Assembly: GCA_964391885.1 (NCBI GenBank)
Contig: CAYMNU010000075.1
Location: forward strand, 338 to 64,337
DNA: 64,000 nucleotides
Direction of reading: 5' to 3'
From: an uncultured archaeon
GTDB lineage: Archaea > Altiarchaeota > Altiarchaeia > JAFGQM01
Part shown: positions 9,950-20,038 of the stretch, piece after piece
Numbering within the stretch: position 1 is the stretch's first letter
Layout: each line of letters opens with the position of its first letter
Made by a program: the position numbers and the translations under genes
The notes under the pieces: generated by a model
Told to the model about the DNA's origin: nothing
The model's database searches: none
What the model saw: only the letters and a program-made list of their open reading frames with translations

Positions 9950-11838
9950 AGCGAACCCCTCCTTTTATAATAAAACCACTCAAATAGAAGAAGTGTGATT
10001 CCGGCTATTGCAAGAATCCAGTAGACTTCGTTTATCTTTTCTTCCGTGTCCCCCACATGCGAACGACTTCCCGCTACTCTTGATGATATGGGTACGTAAG
10101 ACCCCGAAATGTCAGATTCTTCTTCATTCAAAAGGCTTGCGGCTATTCGCAGCTCGCTGTCTCCTATGGTGTAAAACCCCGCTTCATCAAGTATTACATT
10201 GCTACCTTCTACTATTTCTCCCGATGGCTTTCTTACTTTTGTATTATCGCCATCTATCGCAGGTAGAAGCTCGCCTGTATTAAAGTTCTGCGAGCCAGTC
10301 CCTTCTCCACTAAGCCAAGTTAGCAAACGCCCCCAAAATATTGGGAAAGATGGTTTAAGATGAAAATCATTTTCGCTCGAATTCAATGAAAGCCCTAGGT
10401 AAACGACCTTGCCCTCGCCAAGCTCCCAAACGCTTATTATGGGCTCGTTCCCCATTTCCGCTATTGTTATTGCGCCTATTTTGATGTCTGCCGACATTAT
10501 TTTTCTCACTGAAACTTCGCTTATATCTATGTCCGCAAGAATCTCATGCTCAAAAAGAACCCTGGGCCTCCCACCCACTGCGATGGATACAATAGGCTCG
10601 ACAGGCAGGATATCGTTTAGTCTTTCAGGTCCCACTGCCGCCAGGTCTTCAAAACCAAGCACGACAAGATTGCCGCCCTGTTCTACGAATTCCCGAAGAG
10701 ACGGAAAGATGCCTGCAAGTATGTTTTTCTCACTTGCATCTTGGAATATGATAGTATTATAGTCTTGAAAGGAGCTTGGGTATATTGGAGGCGCAGTCTC
10801 CACTACATTTACCCACCCCAGAGACTCCAATGCATATTTCAGATACTCTTCACCCTCTTTTATCAGTAAAACATCGGCAGCTCTGGCTTTCGGTATGATG
10901 GCATAAGCCTTATTGTCTACAATCAGCTCGTCATGAGTGCTTATCACTGCAACAGCATCTGTTTCTGAATGGGGGCACAAGCCCGAGAGATACACAGCTT
11001 CTGACGATTCCTGCTTTATAGGTCTTGCAATAGCATCTGCACCCTGATTCCCTAAAAGAAGACCAATCTCTACAACTCTCTCCGAACTGCCAAAATTCCT
11101 GATAAGCACTTCCATAAAACAATCGCCCTCCTCCCTACCTGAGCGGGCGGCTATGATGCCTATGTTCTCTTCGACTGTACCCACATGTATAAACTCAACA
11201 CTAATGCCCTCGGCCGATGATATCCTTTGCGCCGCCATCGGATCCATCCCCACACTACCTGAAAAATCCGAGATTACATAGATTGACCGCTCAATCTCCG
11301 ATTCATTTATCATATCTGTTGCCAGAAGCATTGCACCCCCTATATTGCCAGGAGTGTCCTTGACACGAATTCCGGACAATACAGACGAGGCCTCACTAGG
11401 GCCCCCTCTTCGCAGTGCTACTGCAGGTATGTTTTTTGCGAGCACTACACTTACTTTACTGTGCTCACCCGCTTCTGACACAATGGACGAAGCCTGTCCC
11501 ATCGCTTGCGCAAACCTGTCTCCTGCCTGCATAGATGCAGAGACGTCTAACACTATTGCAATCTCCCTATCTAGTATTGCATCTCCTTTTGACATATAGA
11601 ACGGCCCGGCAAGTGCTATAATGATTACCGATAGGGCGAGGAGCTGCAGTATCAGCAAGGGGTCTCTCACTATCTTTCTAAAAAAAGAGTTGAATCGCCG
11701 CCTTTGCTCTATCTCGCGTATGAACATTAAGGAGGGCAGCTTCAGGTCTTTGGGTTTCGGTTTCAACAAATAAAGCAATATCATGGGCACAAAGAGCGCG
11801 AAGAGATAAAATGCCGAATCATTTAAAAATCCTATCAT
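9946..11838 (-). CDS. Membrane protein with a von Willebrand factor A domain (BatA-like)
   Basis: 630 aa; two N-terminal TM helices; vWA MIDAS motif (IAIVLDVSASM ... YVISDFSG). 4-nt overlaps with both neighbouring genes. Confidence 0.7.
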   Translation of the reverse strand: MIGFLNDSAFYLFALFVPMILLYLLKPKPKDLKLPSLMFIREIEQRRRFNSFFRKIVRDPLLILQLLALSVIIIALAGPFYMSKGDAILDREIAIVLDVSASMQAGDRFAQAMGQASSIVSEAGEHSKVSVVLAKNIPAVALRRGGPSEASSVLSGIRVKDTPGNIGGAMLLATDMINESEIERSIYVISDFSGSVGMDPMAAQRISSAEGISVEFIHVGTVEENIGIIAARSGREEGDCFMEVLIRNFGSSERVVEIGLLLGNQGADAIARPIKQESSEAVYLSGLCPHSETDAVAVISTHDELIVDNKAYAIIPKARAADVLLIKEGEEYLKYALESLGWVNVVETAPPIYPSSFQDYNTIIFQDASEKNILAGIFPSLREFVEQGGNLVVLGFEDLAAVGPERLNDILPVEPIVSIAVGGRPRVLFEHEILADIDISEVSVRKIMSADIKIGAITIAEMGNEPIISVWELGEGKVVYLGLSLNSSENDFHLKPSFPIFWGRLLTWLSGEGTGSQNFNTGELLPAIDGDNTKVRKPSGEIVEGSNVILDEAGFYTIGDSELRIAASLLNEEESDISGSYVPISSRVAGSRSHVGDTEEKINEVYWILAIAGITLLLFEWFYYKRRGSL

Positions 11839-12734
11839 TTGGAATGCCCCCTCGTCACCATATGTGTTATCTGGAAAAATATGTCAAACACCGGGTCGCT
11901 CGAACTTACCGAGAAAAAGTCAGCACCGGCCGACTCAGCAATCTGCCGCACAGCCTCGATATGAGCCATGAACTTAACTCCGTATTCTCTCCTCATCTTC
12001 GGGGTGAAAAAGACCTTTTTCTCCCTTTTTGTTTCAAGGTCGTAGATCTTGACGTCTCCCTGCAAGTCCAAACTCTTTTCCAAGGGGTCCGCCACATGCA
12101 CCACTATAAAGTTTTTGGATTTCCCTGCAAGCCTGAACAAGCCTTTTTTAATGCTGTCAAGAGGTTCCAAAAAGTCAGATATTACTATGCAAAGTGAACG
12201 TGTCTTTATAAGCTCCGCATACCTCTCGCCCGCATTCTCAAGGTTCGTAAGACCGCCGAGCTCCTGCCGGTTCAGCATCTCCACAGCGGCGAAGAACTGT
12301 CTTTTCCCTCTCTTGGGCGGCATTACCTCCTTTAGCTTGTTGCCATAGGCCGACATGGCGAATTTCTCGTTTTCTTTAGTTACCAGATATGCAAAACCCA
12401 GGGCCAGCATGGATGCGAAATCATATTTTGTGAGCTTTCCGCTGCCGAAGTTCATACTGTTGCTCGAGTCGACAAGTATATGGGTTGTAAGGCTTTTCTC
12501 TTCCTCAAACCTCTTAATGAACAGCTTCTCGGTCCTCCCGTAGACCTTCCAGTCGACGAATCTTAGGTCATCACCAGGGAAATACTCTCTGTGGTCAATA
12601 GGCTCTATCCCTCTTCCTTGCCTAATGGACCTTTGCCCGCCGGCATAGCTGCTGACAATCTTCTTTTTCGCGAGAAGGTCCAGCTTTTTCAGCTGCTTGA
12701 TAAAATCGAGGTCTATCATGTCGGTGCGTGACAC
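11835..12734 (-). CDS. DUF58-domain protein (vWA-like, MoxR partner)
   Basis: 299 aa; HILVDSSNSMNFGS motif; sits between MoxR and the vWA proteins as in Bat operons. Confidence 0.8.
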   Translation of the reverse strand: MSRTDMIDLDFIKQLKKLDLLAKKKIVSSYAGGQRSIRQGRGIEPIDHREYFPGDDLRFVDWKVYGRTEKLFIKRFEEEKSLTTHILVDSSNSMNFGSGKLTKYDFASMLALGFAYLVTKENEKFAMSAYGNKLKEVMPPKRGKRQFFAAVEMLNRQELGGLTNLENAGERYAELIKTRSLCIVISDFLEPLDSIKKGLFRLAGKSKNFIVVHVADPLEKSLDLQGDVKIYDLETKREKKVFFTPKMRREYGVKFMAHIEAVRQIAESAGADFFSVSSSDPVFDIFFQITHMVTRGHSK

Positions 12735-12741
12735 CGCAGCA

Positions 12742-13716
12742 TCACTTGGCCTCCTTGATTAACATCTTGATGACGTCGTCAGTTCTGACCCCTTCCCGCT
12801 CCGACTCAAAATTCAATATCAAACGGTGACGGAGCACCGGAAGTGACATCGCTATAATATCTTCTTTCCCAACAAAATTCCTCCCATGTAGCAATGCCCT
12901 GGCCTTCGCGGCTGTTATTATGCCTATTCCTGCCCTTGAAGATGCCCCGTACTCCAGGAACTGTGCAGCCAGCTTGTTGCCCTCAGCGGGTCTTGTTGAT
13001 GCCACAAGCCTTACGGTATACTCTTTGAGCTCTTCAGACACGGGCATCATGCGCGATATTTTTCCAAGGTCCTGTAGAATTTCCCCATCAATCAGCTTCT
13101 GAGGCTGCGGCGGCTCTTCCCCTGTATTCAGTTCGACAACCCTCATCTCCTCTTCAATATTAGGGTATTCCACAAGGAGTTTGAATAGAAACCTATCTAG
13201 TTGCGCCTCTGGAAGGGGATATGTACCCTCCATCTCTAATGGATTTTGAGTCGCAAGTACAAAAAATGGGGGGGTTAGGGGGAAGGTAGCATTACCCACT
13301 GTTACCTGCTTCTCCTGCATTGCTTCCAGAAGTGCGGATTGAGTCTTGGGAGTAGTCCTGTTTATTTCATCCGCCAACACTATATTGGCAAAAATAGGCC
13401 CCTGCTGGAACTTGAATTCCTTTTTTCCTGTCTTTGCCTCTTCCTCTAGGAGGTATGTGCCCGTTATATCAGAAGGCATTAGATCTGGCGTGCATTGTAT
13501 TCTTTTGAATTTAAGGTCGAGTATCTGCGAAAGCGCTCTGATGGTCGCAGTCTTTCCAAGGCCCGGATAACCCTCTAACAGGGAGTGGTTGCCGGTTACT
13601 ATGGATATTATAATATGCTCAACTACCTCGTCCTGGCCCACTATACTCTTTTTCATAGTGGCCATGACCTTCTCAAATATTTCCTTTGCACGTCGATAGG
13701 TATCTGCTTCTGCCAT
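12742..13716 (-). CDS. MoxR-family AAA+ ATPase
   Basis: 324 aa; Walker A GYPGLGKT, Walker B VLADEINR, and the MoxR ATQNPLEMEGTYPLPEAQLDRF signature. Confidence 0.9.
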   Translation of the reverse strand: MAEADTYRRAKEIFEKVMATMKKSIVGQDEVVEHIIISIVTGNHSLLEGYPGLGKTATIRALSQILDLKFKRIQCTPDLMPSDITGTYLLEEEAKTGKKEFKFQQGPIFANIVLADEINRTTPKTQSALLEAMQEKQVTVGNATFPLTPPFFVLATQNPLEMEGTYPLPEAQLDRFLFKLLVEYPNIEEEMRVVELNTGEEPPQPQKLIDGEILQDLGKISRMMPVSEELKEYTVRLVASTRPAEGNKLAAQFLEYGASSRAGIGIITAAKARALLHGRNFVGKEDIIAMSLPVLRHRLILNFESEREGVRTDDVIKMLIKEAK

Positions 13717-13815
13717 GCTTAAGTAATAGTTTGGATAATATAAATCAGGGATTAAGGTAAGCGTAAGGCGAGTCTTTGATAACTTTTATACATTTATACT
13801 AAGGGATTAATGATA

Positions 13816-14637
13816 TCAATCCTGGCTTATCCTCTCAAAGTAAGATCGGACCACACCCTCCATCTCGATCGGTATGTTCTCGGTATATGTACCCGCCGCA
13901 GTCGCCTGAATGAACCCTGATTGTATTTCCCTTAACCTGTCATCATCCTCACCGTTCCATGAGCCGAAACCCCCGCCCTCGCCATAGCCTGGGTGTATCT
14001 CAAGATCGATTTCATCCCCTTCTATCCTTATTGTTGATGCATCTCCGAATATGTCCTGAGAACCCGCTTCCGATATTTCCAAGTCCTGGTCAGTCTGCCC
14101 TTCTCCTTCCCCGGATCCTCCTCCACCTCCTCCTGAGCCTTGACCTCCTGTTCCTGCACCGCTGCCAGAGCCTCCGCTCCCTCCAACACCCAGGCCCTCA
14201 AAACCGGCGAATAGCATGAAGACAAGCAGGAATGCCGATACTATAGATACTGTTACATAGGTGTAGAGCCTACCCATATCTACAAAGGCCTCTTGGTCCA
14301 CGGAATCGAGCTCATAGCTTACTTCTCTCACCAACTCTCTCACTATGAAATTGTCCTTTGATTTATTGTCATAGGCTGCCTGGAGGCGGTCTTTCAGGTC
14401 GGGATTCCCCTTCTCGACTTCCTTGACTGATTCATAGGCGTTCTTACCTCTAATATAAAGGAATAATACAATAACTGCTGCCGGCAAAAATGCCAAAAGT
14501 ATTTCCATGCCGAAGACTAAGAGGACGAATGACGCTAGCAAAAAAGTTGCAATAGATGCCGCAGCAGTTTCAAAGAGGTAAATCCTCCATATGGTTCCCA
14601 GAGTCGAACTTACTCTCTCATCAAAGCCGTCCATCAT
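13816..14637 (-). CDS. Membrane protein with a Gly/Ser-rich linker and acidic C-terminal domain (hypothetical; probable Bat-operon accessory)
   Basis: Start chosen at the ATG that overlaps the upstream stop as TAATG. Two TM segments flank a GGSGGSGSGAGTGGQGSGGGGGGSGEGEG tract. Confidence 0.4.
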   Translation of the reverse strand: MMDGFDERVSSTLGTIWRIYLFETAAASIATFLLASFVLLVFGMEILLAFLPAAVIVLFLYIRGKNAYESVKEVEKGNPDLKDRLQAAYDNKSKDNFIVRELVREVSYELDSVDQEAFVDMGRLYTYVTVSIVSAFLLVFMLFAGFEGLGVGGSGGSGSGAGTGGQGSGGGGGGSGEGEGQTDQDLEISEAGSQDIFGDASTIRIEGDEIDLEIHPGYGEGGGFGSWNGEDDDRLREIQSGFIQATAAGTYTENIPIEMEGVVRSYFERISQD

Positions 14638-15266
14638 TATCTGCAAGCAGTGCAGTTGCTGTTTGTGTTTACACAAGCCCTCAACTCTTCTAGTTCATCT
14701 TCTGCTTTGCTTAAGTCAGTCGTCAGATTAGAAACCTCTGACCTAAGAACGTCAATTCTATGCATAGCTATACTCAAATCTGATATCGCTTTGTCATAGT
14801 CTGTAATGCAAACATCAAGCTCTCCAATCGCACTGGAAAGTTCAGCCCTGCTGCTTTGGAGGTCAGAGCTGCACACAGAAAGGCTCTGTTGCGTGCCTGT
14901 CAAATCCCCTTCTAACTGCGCTTTCAGGGAAGCGAGCTCGGCATAGAGCTCATTAAGGGTTTCCTGAGATGCGGAGCTAATGTTGAGCTGGCTACTGAAA
15001 TAAGCTACATCTTCCTCAGCCTTTGCAAGTCGGGATCCACAAGTGGAGAGCTCATTACTTATCATTTCCCTGACGCCCGCAAACTCCCTATTCTCCACTA
15101 ACAAGTCGTTGTGTTTCCAAGATGCATAGAATGCCAGCCCGCCCAGAGCCGCAAGCAGTATGACTATAATCGCAAAAAGCCGGAAGTTGACGCTCTTTTT
15201 GGTGCTGCCCTGGGTGTGGAGCTTTCTAAGCTCTCTTCTCAGCCTGGCTTTTTCCCTCTCATCCAT
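14637..15266 (-). CDS. N-terminally anchored coiled-coil protein (hypothetical), first gene of the MoxR operon
   Basis: 209 aa; basic N-terminus, one TM helix, then heptad-rich coiled coil ending in CxxxCTACR. Confidence 0.4.
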   Translation of the reverse strand: MDEREKARLRRELRKLHTQGSTKKSVNFRLFAIIVILLAALGGLAFYASWKHNDLLVENREFAGVREMISNELSTCGSRLAKAEEDVAYFSSQLNISSASQETLNELYAELASLKAQLEGDLTGTQQSLSVCSSDLQSSRAELSSAIGELDVCITDYDKAISDLSIAMHRIDVLRSEVSNLTTDLSKAEDELEELRACVNTNSNCTACR

Positions 15267-15332
15267 TGCAATATCTCTATCTATTTTAGCACTGACTAGT
15301 AAAAATCAAGCCTCACCAAAGGCGAGGCAACT

Positions 15333-15371
15333 TTTTACCAGTGACTGTATAGTTTATAGAACCTGGTAAAA
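15333..15371 (+). promoter_or_regulatory. Perfect 9-bp inverted repeat TTTTACCAG-N21-CTGGTAAAA enclosing a TATA-like box, ending 3 nt before the aldolase ATG
   Basis: Read directly: ttttaccag tgactgtatagtttatagaac ctggtaaaa ATG. The divergent intergenic region also contains the hairpin gcctc-N9-gaggc. Confidence 0.5.
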
Positions 15372-15373
15372 AT

Positions 15374-15937
15374 ATGACAATGCCCGAAACATACACAGGA
15401 GTAAAGTTCACTACTCTTTTCGAAGCTGCGGAATTTGGATCTGATAAGGAAAGGAAAGAGGTAATTGCCGAGATACGGAACCTAGGCTCCAGAAAGCTGC
15501 TCGACAGGAACAATGGCAACATCAGCGTTAGAGTAGACAAGGGCATGGTTATAACACCGACCGGGAAAAGCATGGACCAGATAACTGAAAGCGACCTAGT
15601 CCTCGTCACGGGCATGAGCCCAGATATGAAAATTGTGAGGGCGATAGGAAGCTCAGCACCATCTTCCGAGGCAAGGCTGCACTGGCTGGTTTACAGGGAC
15701 TTTCCTAAGGTCAATGCCATTGTCCATTTCCACGATTCGCGCCTGCTGGAAAACGCGGATAAATTCATCCTGACGGAAAAAGAGCGACCCTACGGGACTA
15801 TTGGGCTGGCTGAAGAGGCTGCCAAAGCCCTGAAAAAGAGGAAATTCATAATACTTAAGGGGCATGGGGCGCTTGCCGCGGGGGTGAGTTTCCAGGACTG
15901 CAGGAAGACGATTGAAAAGGCCGAAAACATGATTTAA
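15374..15937 (+). CDS. Class II aldolase/adducin-domain protein (MtnB / 5-deoxyribulose-1-P aldolase-like)
   Basis: 187 aa; metal-binding histidines (HFHD, HW) and GMVITPTGK, typical of the FucA/MtnB fold. Confidence 0.72.
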   Translation: MTMPETYTGVKFTTLFEAAEFGSDKERKEVIAEIRNLGSRKLLDRNNGNISVRVDKGMVITPTGKSMDQITESDLVLVTGMSPDMKIVRAIGSSAPSSEARLHWLVYRDFPKVNAIVHFHDSRLLENADKFILTEKERPYGTIGLAEEAAKALKKRKFIILKGHGALAAGVSFQDCRKTIEKAENMI

Positions 15938-15957
15938 CCCGTTGTTTTTTAAAATAT

Positions 15958-16194
15958 ATGCTCAATATAGGCGCTCATTCTAATATGATCGAAGGCTACG
16001 AGGATTACAAGAGGCGAGAGTACTGTAAAGACATAAACTGTCCGATACAACAAGAGCTGGAGCGCCACAGCGAAGGCTCTGAGGGTTATGAGCGCATTAG
16101 GGGCATATGCAAAAGCAGCTGCATACACTCAACATACGAGTTCCATCACTGGCTGATTGGGAATGGATACGAGATTGTGAGGAAATCAGATTAA
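15958..16194 (+). CDS. Small four-cysteine protein (hypothetical)
   Basis: 78 aa; CKDINC ... CKSSC arrangement. No recognisable family. Confidence 0.3.
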   Translation: MLNIGAHSNMIEGYEDYKRREYCKDINCPIQQELERHSEGSEGYERIRGICKSSCIHSTYEFHHWLIGNGYEIVRKSD

Positions 16195-16244
16195 AAATCA
16201 GATTAATTAAATTAATTATAACTTAATTATAATAACACAAGAAA

Positions 16245-17090
16245 ATGGACTGGGGACAAAAGAACAGGTTATCAAAAATAATAAAGCCGAAGACAGGCAA
16301 GGCATTGATGCTAGCAGTGGACCACGGCTACTTTTTGGGCCCGACCACAGGGCTGGAAGATTTCAAGTCTGCCATCGACCCGCTGTTGCCTTACTGTGAT
16401 ACGTTATTTGCGACACGTGGAATGATACGCACATGCGTGGACCCAAATACGGAAGTCCCAATAATGCTGCGCGCGTCGGGCGGGACGAGCATAATCGGAC
16501 CGGAGCTGCTTCATGAGGGCAGCACAATCTCACTCGAAGATGTCATACGCATGAATGCGGTCGGAATTGGATACTCTATTACTGTTGGAATGCCCTGGGA
16601 GCGCGACACGATTTTAGACTTCTCCGGCTGGGTTGACGACTGCGAGAGCTATGGCCTGATTGCAATGGCGGTTACCGCGGTGGGCAAGGATATGGCGAAG
16701 GATGCCAAGTATCTTGGCCTCGCCTGCAGGATGGCAGCCGAACACGGCGCCCATGTAGTCAAGACTTACTATTGCGACGAGGATTTCGACAAGGTGGTGG
16801 ATGCCTGTCCAGTGCCCATTGTCATGGCCGGCGGGAAGAAGATAGCCGAGTTGGATGCATTGACCATGGCATATAATGCAATACAGGGAGGTGCAATAGG
16901 TGTTGATATGGGGAGAAACATATTCCAGTCCGAAGACCCTGTGGCAATGATACAAGCAGTCAACGAGCTTATTCACAAGAACGCCACGCCCAAGGAGGCT
17001 CTCGATATTTTCAACGAGCTGAAACGGGAGGGGTGCAGACCTGTTAAAAAGGTTGTTAACCAGGAAGAGCAAGATGCAGGCAAGCTCTGA
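16245..17090 (+). CDS. DhnA-type class I aldolase (archaeal fructose-bisphosphate aldolase / ADH synthase, DKFP-pathway family)
   Basis: 281 aa; LAVDHG ... ASGG ... KTYY pattern of the DhnA/AroA' family (Schiff-base Lys region VKT). Confidence 0.68.
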   Translation: MDWGQKNRLSKIIKPKTGKALMLAVDHGYFLGPTTGLEDFKSAIDPLLPYCDTLFATRGMIRTCVDPNTEVPIMLRASGGTSIIGPELLHEGSTISLEDVIRMNAVGIGYSITVGMPWERDTILDFSGWVDDCESYGLIAMAVTAVGKDMAKDAKYLGLACRMAAEHGAHVVKTYYCDEDFDKVVDACPVPIVMAGGKKIAELDALTMAYNAIQGGAIGVDMGRNIFQSEDPVAMIQAVNELIHKNATPKEALDIFNELKREGCRPVKKVVNQEEQDAGKL

Positions 17091-17096
17091 TTCAAG

Positions 17097-17339
17097 GTGG
17101 CAAAAGCAGATAAGAAATGGAAGCATGTGGTGCCCTGGTTTCTTAGGTATGGAGAGTTGAGTCCACAAGAGGTCAAGCGGCATCTCATTATCACTATAAT
17201 AATTATCGGCGCTTTTACCGGGGCGCTATTTTTCCTGAAACCTGACTTCGGAGAGCTTGCAGTGATATTTCTATCCTTTAAATTTGTAGTTATATTGGCT
17301 TTAGTAACCCTTTATTTACATATCAGGCACAAGGCATAA
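17097..17339 (+). CDS. Small membrane protein (hypothetical)
   Basis: 80 aa; two hydrophobic helices; tightly packed between neighbours. Confidence 0.25.
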   Translation: MAKADKKWKHVVPWFLRYGELSPQEVKRHLIITIIIIGAFTGALFFLKPDFGELAVIFLSFKFVVILALVTLYLHIRHKA

Positions 17340-17340
17340 A

Positions 17341-18363
17341 ATGCGCGCAGCAGTTTATTACAAAAACGACGACGTAAGGGTCGAAGAGCTTCTCAAGCCT
17401 AAACCGGGCCCGGGCGAATTCGTATTCAATGTCAAAGCCAGCGGCATCTGCGGCTCTGATGTCATGGAGTGGTACCGAATAAAGAAAGCACCGCGCGTAC
17501 TGGGCCATGAAGCGGTTGGCGAGATAGTGGAAGTCGGAGAAGGCTGCCCTTATCAAAAAGGTGAACGAGTATTTGTCTCCCACCACGTCCCCTGTGAAGA
17601 GTGCGACTATTGCAGAAGCGGCAGGGAGACCGCGTGTGAGACGCTACATACGACCAATTTCGACCCGGGAGGCTTCGCAGAATATGTGCGCGTACCGAAG
17701 ATTAACATAGATAAGCATGGTGTCTACCCTTTACCCGAGTCCATGAGCTATGAAGAAGGCACGATGATAGAGCCGCTTGCTTGCGTGGTCCGCGGGCAGC
17801 GCATCGCCGGGGTGAAGAAGAACGATACAGTTCTTGTCCTGGGTAGTGGAATCGCAGGGCTCCTACATGTCAAGCTAGCAAAGTCCAAGGGCGCCAAAGT
17901 AATCGCCACGGACGTCAGCGATTGGAGGTTGCAAAAGGCGAAAGAATTCGGCGCCGATACTATCAACGCAATGAATTACACTACAGACGAGCTGAGAAAA
18001 ATTAACGACTGCAAACTAGCCGATAAAGTTATCCTGTGCACGGGTGCGATGCCTGCAGTGAAGCAGGCACTGGAGTCTGTGGGCCCGGGCGGCGTAATCG
18101 AGTTCTTCGCAGTTCCGAAGCCGGGCGTTCCTGTGGAAATCCCGGTCAATGACTTTTGGCGCGGCGAGGTTGCTGTCATGACTTCATATGGTGCAGCCCC
18201 AGGGGATCTGAAAGAATCTCTGGATCTGATAGCTACAAAGAAAATCAATGTCGCAGATATGATAACACATGTTCTTCCACTGGAGGAAGCGCAAAGGGGC
18301 TTCAGGCTGGTAGCGGAGGCCGGTGAGTCAATAAAGGTAATACTAACAACGCCCACTGCATGA
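17341..18363 (+). CDS. Zinc-dependent medium-chain alcohol/polyol dehydrogenase
   Basis: 340 aa; GICGSDV ... GHEAVGEIVEVG catalytic Zn motif, structural Zn cysteines CEECDYCRSG, Rossmann GSGIAG. Confidence 0.85.
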   Translation: MRAAVYYKNDDVRVEELLKPKPGPGEFVFNVKASGICGSDVMEWYRIKKAPRVLGHEAVGEIVEVGEGCPYQKGERVFVSHHVPCEECDYCRSGRETACETLHTTNFDPGGFAEYVRVPKINIDKHGVYPLPESMSYEEGTMIEPLACVVRGQRIAGVKKNDTVLVLGSGIAGLLHVKLAKSKGAKVIATDVSDWRLQKAKEFGADTINAMNYTTDELRKINDCKLADKVILCTGAMPAVKQALESVGPGGVIEFFAVPKPGVPVEIPVNDFWRGEVAVMTSYGAAPGDLKESLDLIATKKINVADMITHVLPLEEAQRGFRLVAEAGESIKVILTTPTA

Positions 18364-18408
18364 AATTTTTCTTAAAATCTGGTTTTTAATAAGCGTACAA
18401 TAATACTC

Positions 18409-18804
18409 TTGCAAATGGATTCAAAGAAATTATTGCCCATAGTGGCCACAGTTATGATTGCCGGCATATTCGCAGTTCTTTTTCTGATGGAGCCGCCCCG
18501 AGAATATCCTCGGCCGACTCCCTTCCCTCCCGACGCCCCTACCGTGATTGAACCCACCGTATCATATACCCTTTCCGATGTGGCTGAACATGACTCCGCA
18601 GGCGACTGCTGGCTTGCTATAAACGGCAAGGTATATGATGTCACCGATTATATCTCTTCGCATCCCGGCGGCCAGGCAATACTAGAAGGCTGTGGCAAGG
18701 ATGCCACAACGCTTTATGAAAACCGTCCCATGGGTTCTGAAACGCCGCATTCGGCAAGTGCTCGCACAGAGCTTGAAAAATATCTAATAGGTGACCTTGA
18801 ATAA
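18409..18804 (+). CDS. Membrane-anchored cytochrome b5-like heme-binding domain protein
   Basis: 131 aa; N-terminal TM helix, then the b5 signature HDSAGDCWLAINGKVYDVTDYISSHPGG. Confidence 0.72.
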   Translation: MQMDSKKLLPIVATVMIAGIFAVLFLMEPPREYPRPTPFPPDAPTVIEPTVSYTLSDVAEHDSAGDCWLAINGKVYDVTDYISSHPGGQAILEGCGKDATTLYENRPMGSETPHSASARTELEKYLIGDLE

Positions 18805-19033
18805 AATGTTAAGCAATATGCAAATACTGCAATATGCTGGCCTGTCTACCCTGCTTTCACTGATTTTCCTGTTCTTCTCCTGCAGGTGCATGGGCGGCCA
18901 TAAAGTTCTCGAAAAGCTCTTCAAGAACCGCAATTTCATGAAGCTTTACAAGCTACATTGCTGGTTCTGGGCTTGGTTCTTTGTTTCTATTGTAATTCAC
19001 ATAACCATGGCAAAGCTGATATTCGGCTTCTAA
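18791..19033 (+). CDS. Small membrane protein (hypothetical)
   Basis: 80 aa; two TM helices; overlaps the b5 gene end by 14 nt. Confidence 0.3.
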   Translation: MTLNKMLSNMQILQYAGLSTLLSLIFLFFSCRCMGGHKVLEKLFKNRNFMKLYKLHCWFWAWFFVSIVIHITMAKLIFGF

Positions 19034-19034
19034 G

Positions 19035-19640
19035 ATGAAAGTTCTCGTAGTCTTTCATAGCCTTTATGGACATATATTCGAGATGGCCAAAGCAGTGGCC
19101 GAAGGCGCAAGCTCGACCAGTGCGGTAAAACTAATGCAGGTCCCAGAGACACTTTCTCCCGAAGCCCTTGAAAAGATGGGGGCTTCAGAGGCCAAGAAAA
19201 AGATGGCGCTAATCCCGATAGCGACAAAAGAGGACTTGGTTTGGGCGGATGCAATCATATTCGGCACACCCACGCGCTTCGGCATGATGACGGCGCAGAT
19301 GCGCTCTTTTTTGGATCGGACAGGTGGTTTGTGGTCAAAAGGCGCATTGGACAGGAAACTAGGCAGTGTATTCACCTCATCAGGCACGCAGCACGGCGGC
19401 CAGGAATCCACCATACTCAGTTTCCACACAACCTTGCTGCACCATGGGGTGATAATCGTCGGCTGCGATTACCCGGACGAAAAGCAGTCGACAATGGATG
19501 AAATAACTGGCGGCAGCCCTTATGGGGCATCTACAATCGCTTCGCCGGATGGTTCTAGAATGCCCTCTGAGAATGAGCTGGAAATTGCCAGGGCACAAGG
19601 GAAAAGGGTCGCGGAGATAGCGCAAAAGCTAGCTGAATAA
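19035..19640 (+). CDS. wrbA: NAD(P)H:quinone oxidoreductase, WrbA flavodoxin-like type
   Basis: 201 aa; [13 protein letters not shown] ... IFGTPTRFG ... SGTQHGGQE WrbA motifs. Confidence 0.85.
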   Translation: MKVLVVFHSLYGHIFEMAKAVAEGASSTSAVKLMQVPETLSPEALEKMGASEAKKKMALIPIATKEDLVWADAIIFGTPTRFGMMTAQMRSFLDRTGGLWSKGALDRKLGSVFTSSGTQHGGQESTILSFHTTLLHHGVIIVGCDYPDEKQSTMDEITGGSPYGASTIASPDGSRMPSENELEIARAQGKRVAEIAQKLAE

Positions 19641-19659
19641 GAAAAATTAAAAAAGCCGG

Positions 19660-20037
19660 TTATTCAGCCTTCCAAAGCCCGTGCAGATTGCAGTACTCTC
19701 TGGCAGTTATCTTACCCGCATTCACACAGAACTCGGCCTCCGGCGCATCGCCCGGCTTAAGGAATTTCTTATAACTCTTCCCGTCGGCGATTATTTCCAC
19801 CCATTCGATATAGTGTTTCTCTTCCATGGGGTGCGCGACAGAGCCCACCCTCACTTTGACTCCATTGGCGGTCTTCTCAATCACGGGCACATGCTTCTCC
19901 TGTGCCGCATCGACAGTGTTCTCCTTCATCAACTTCATGGGCTGGCCGCAGCAGACGAGCTCCCCCACACCCGCGTGAACCAGCTCAACTATATTGCCGC
20001 AGACTTCGCACTTGTATATTTCATTTATTTCTGTCAT
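19660..20037 (-). CDS. dfx: Desulfoferrodoxin (2Fe superoxide reductase)
   Basis: 125 aa from the internal ATG at 20037. N-terminal desulforedoxin CEVCGN ... CCG; SOR centre HVPVIE ... H ... C.. H. The ORF-track N-extension would overlap the upstream gene. Confidence 0.88.
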   Translation of the reverse strand: MTEINEIYKCEVCGNIVELVHAGVGELVCCGQPMKLMKENTVDAAQEKHVPVIEKTANGVKVRVGSVAHPMEEKHYIEWVEIIADGKSYKKFLKPGDAPEAEFCVNAGKITAREYCNLHGLWKAE

Positions 20038-20038
20038 T

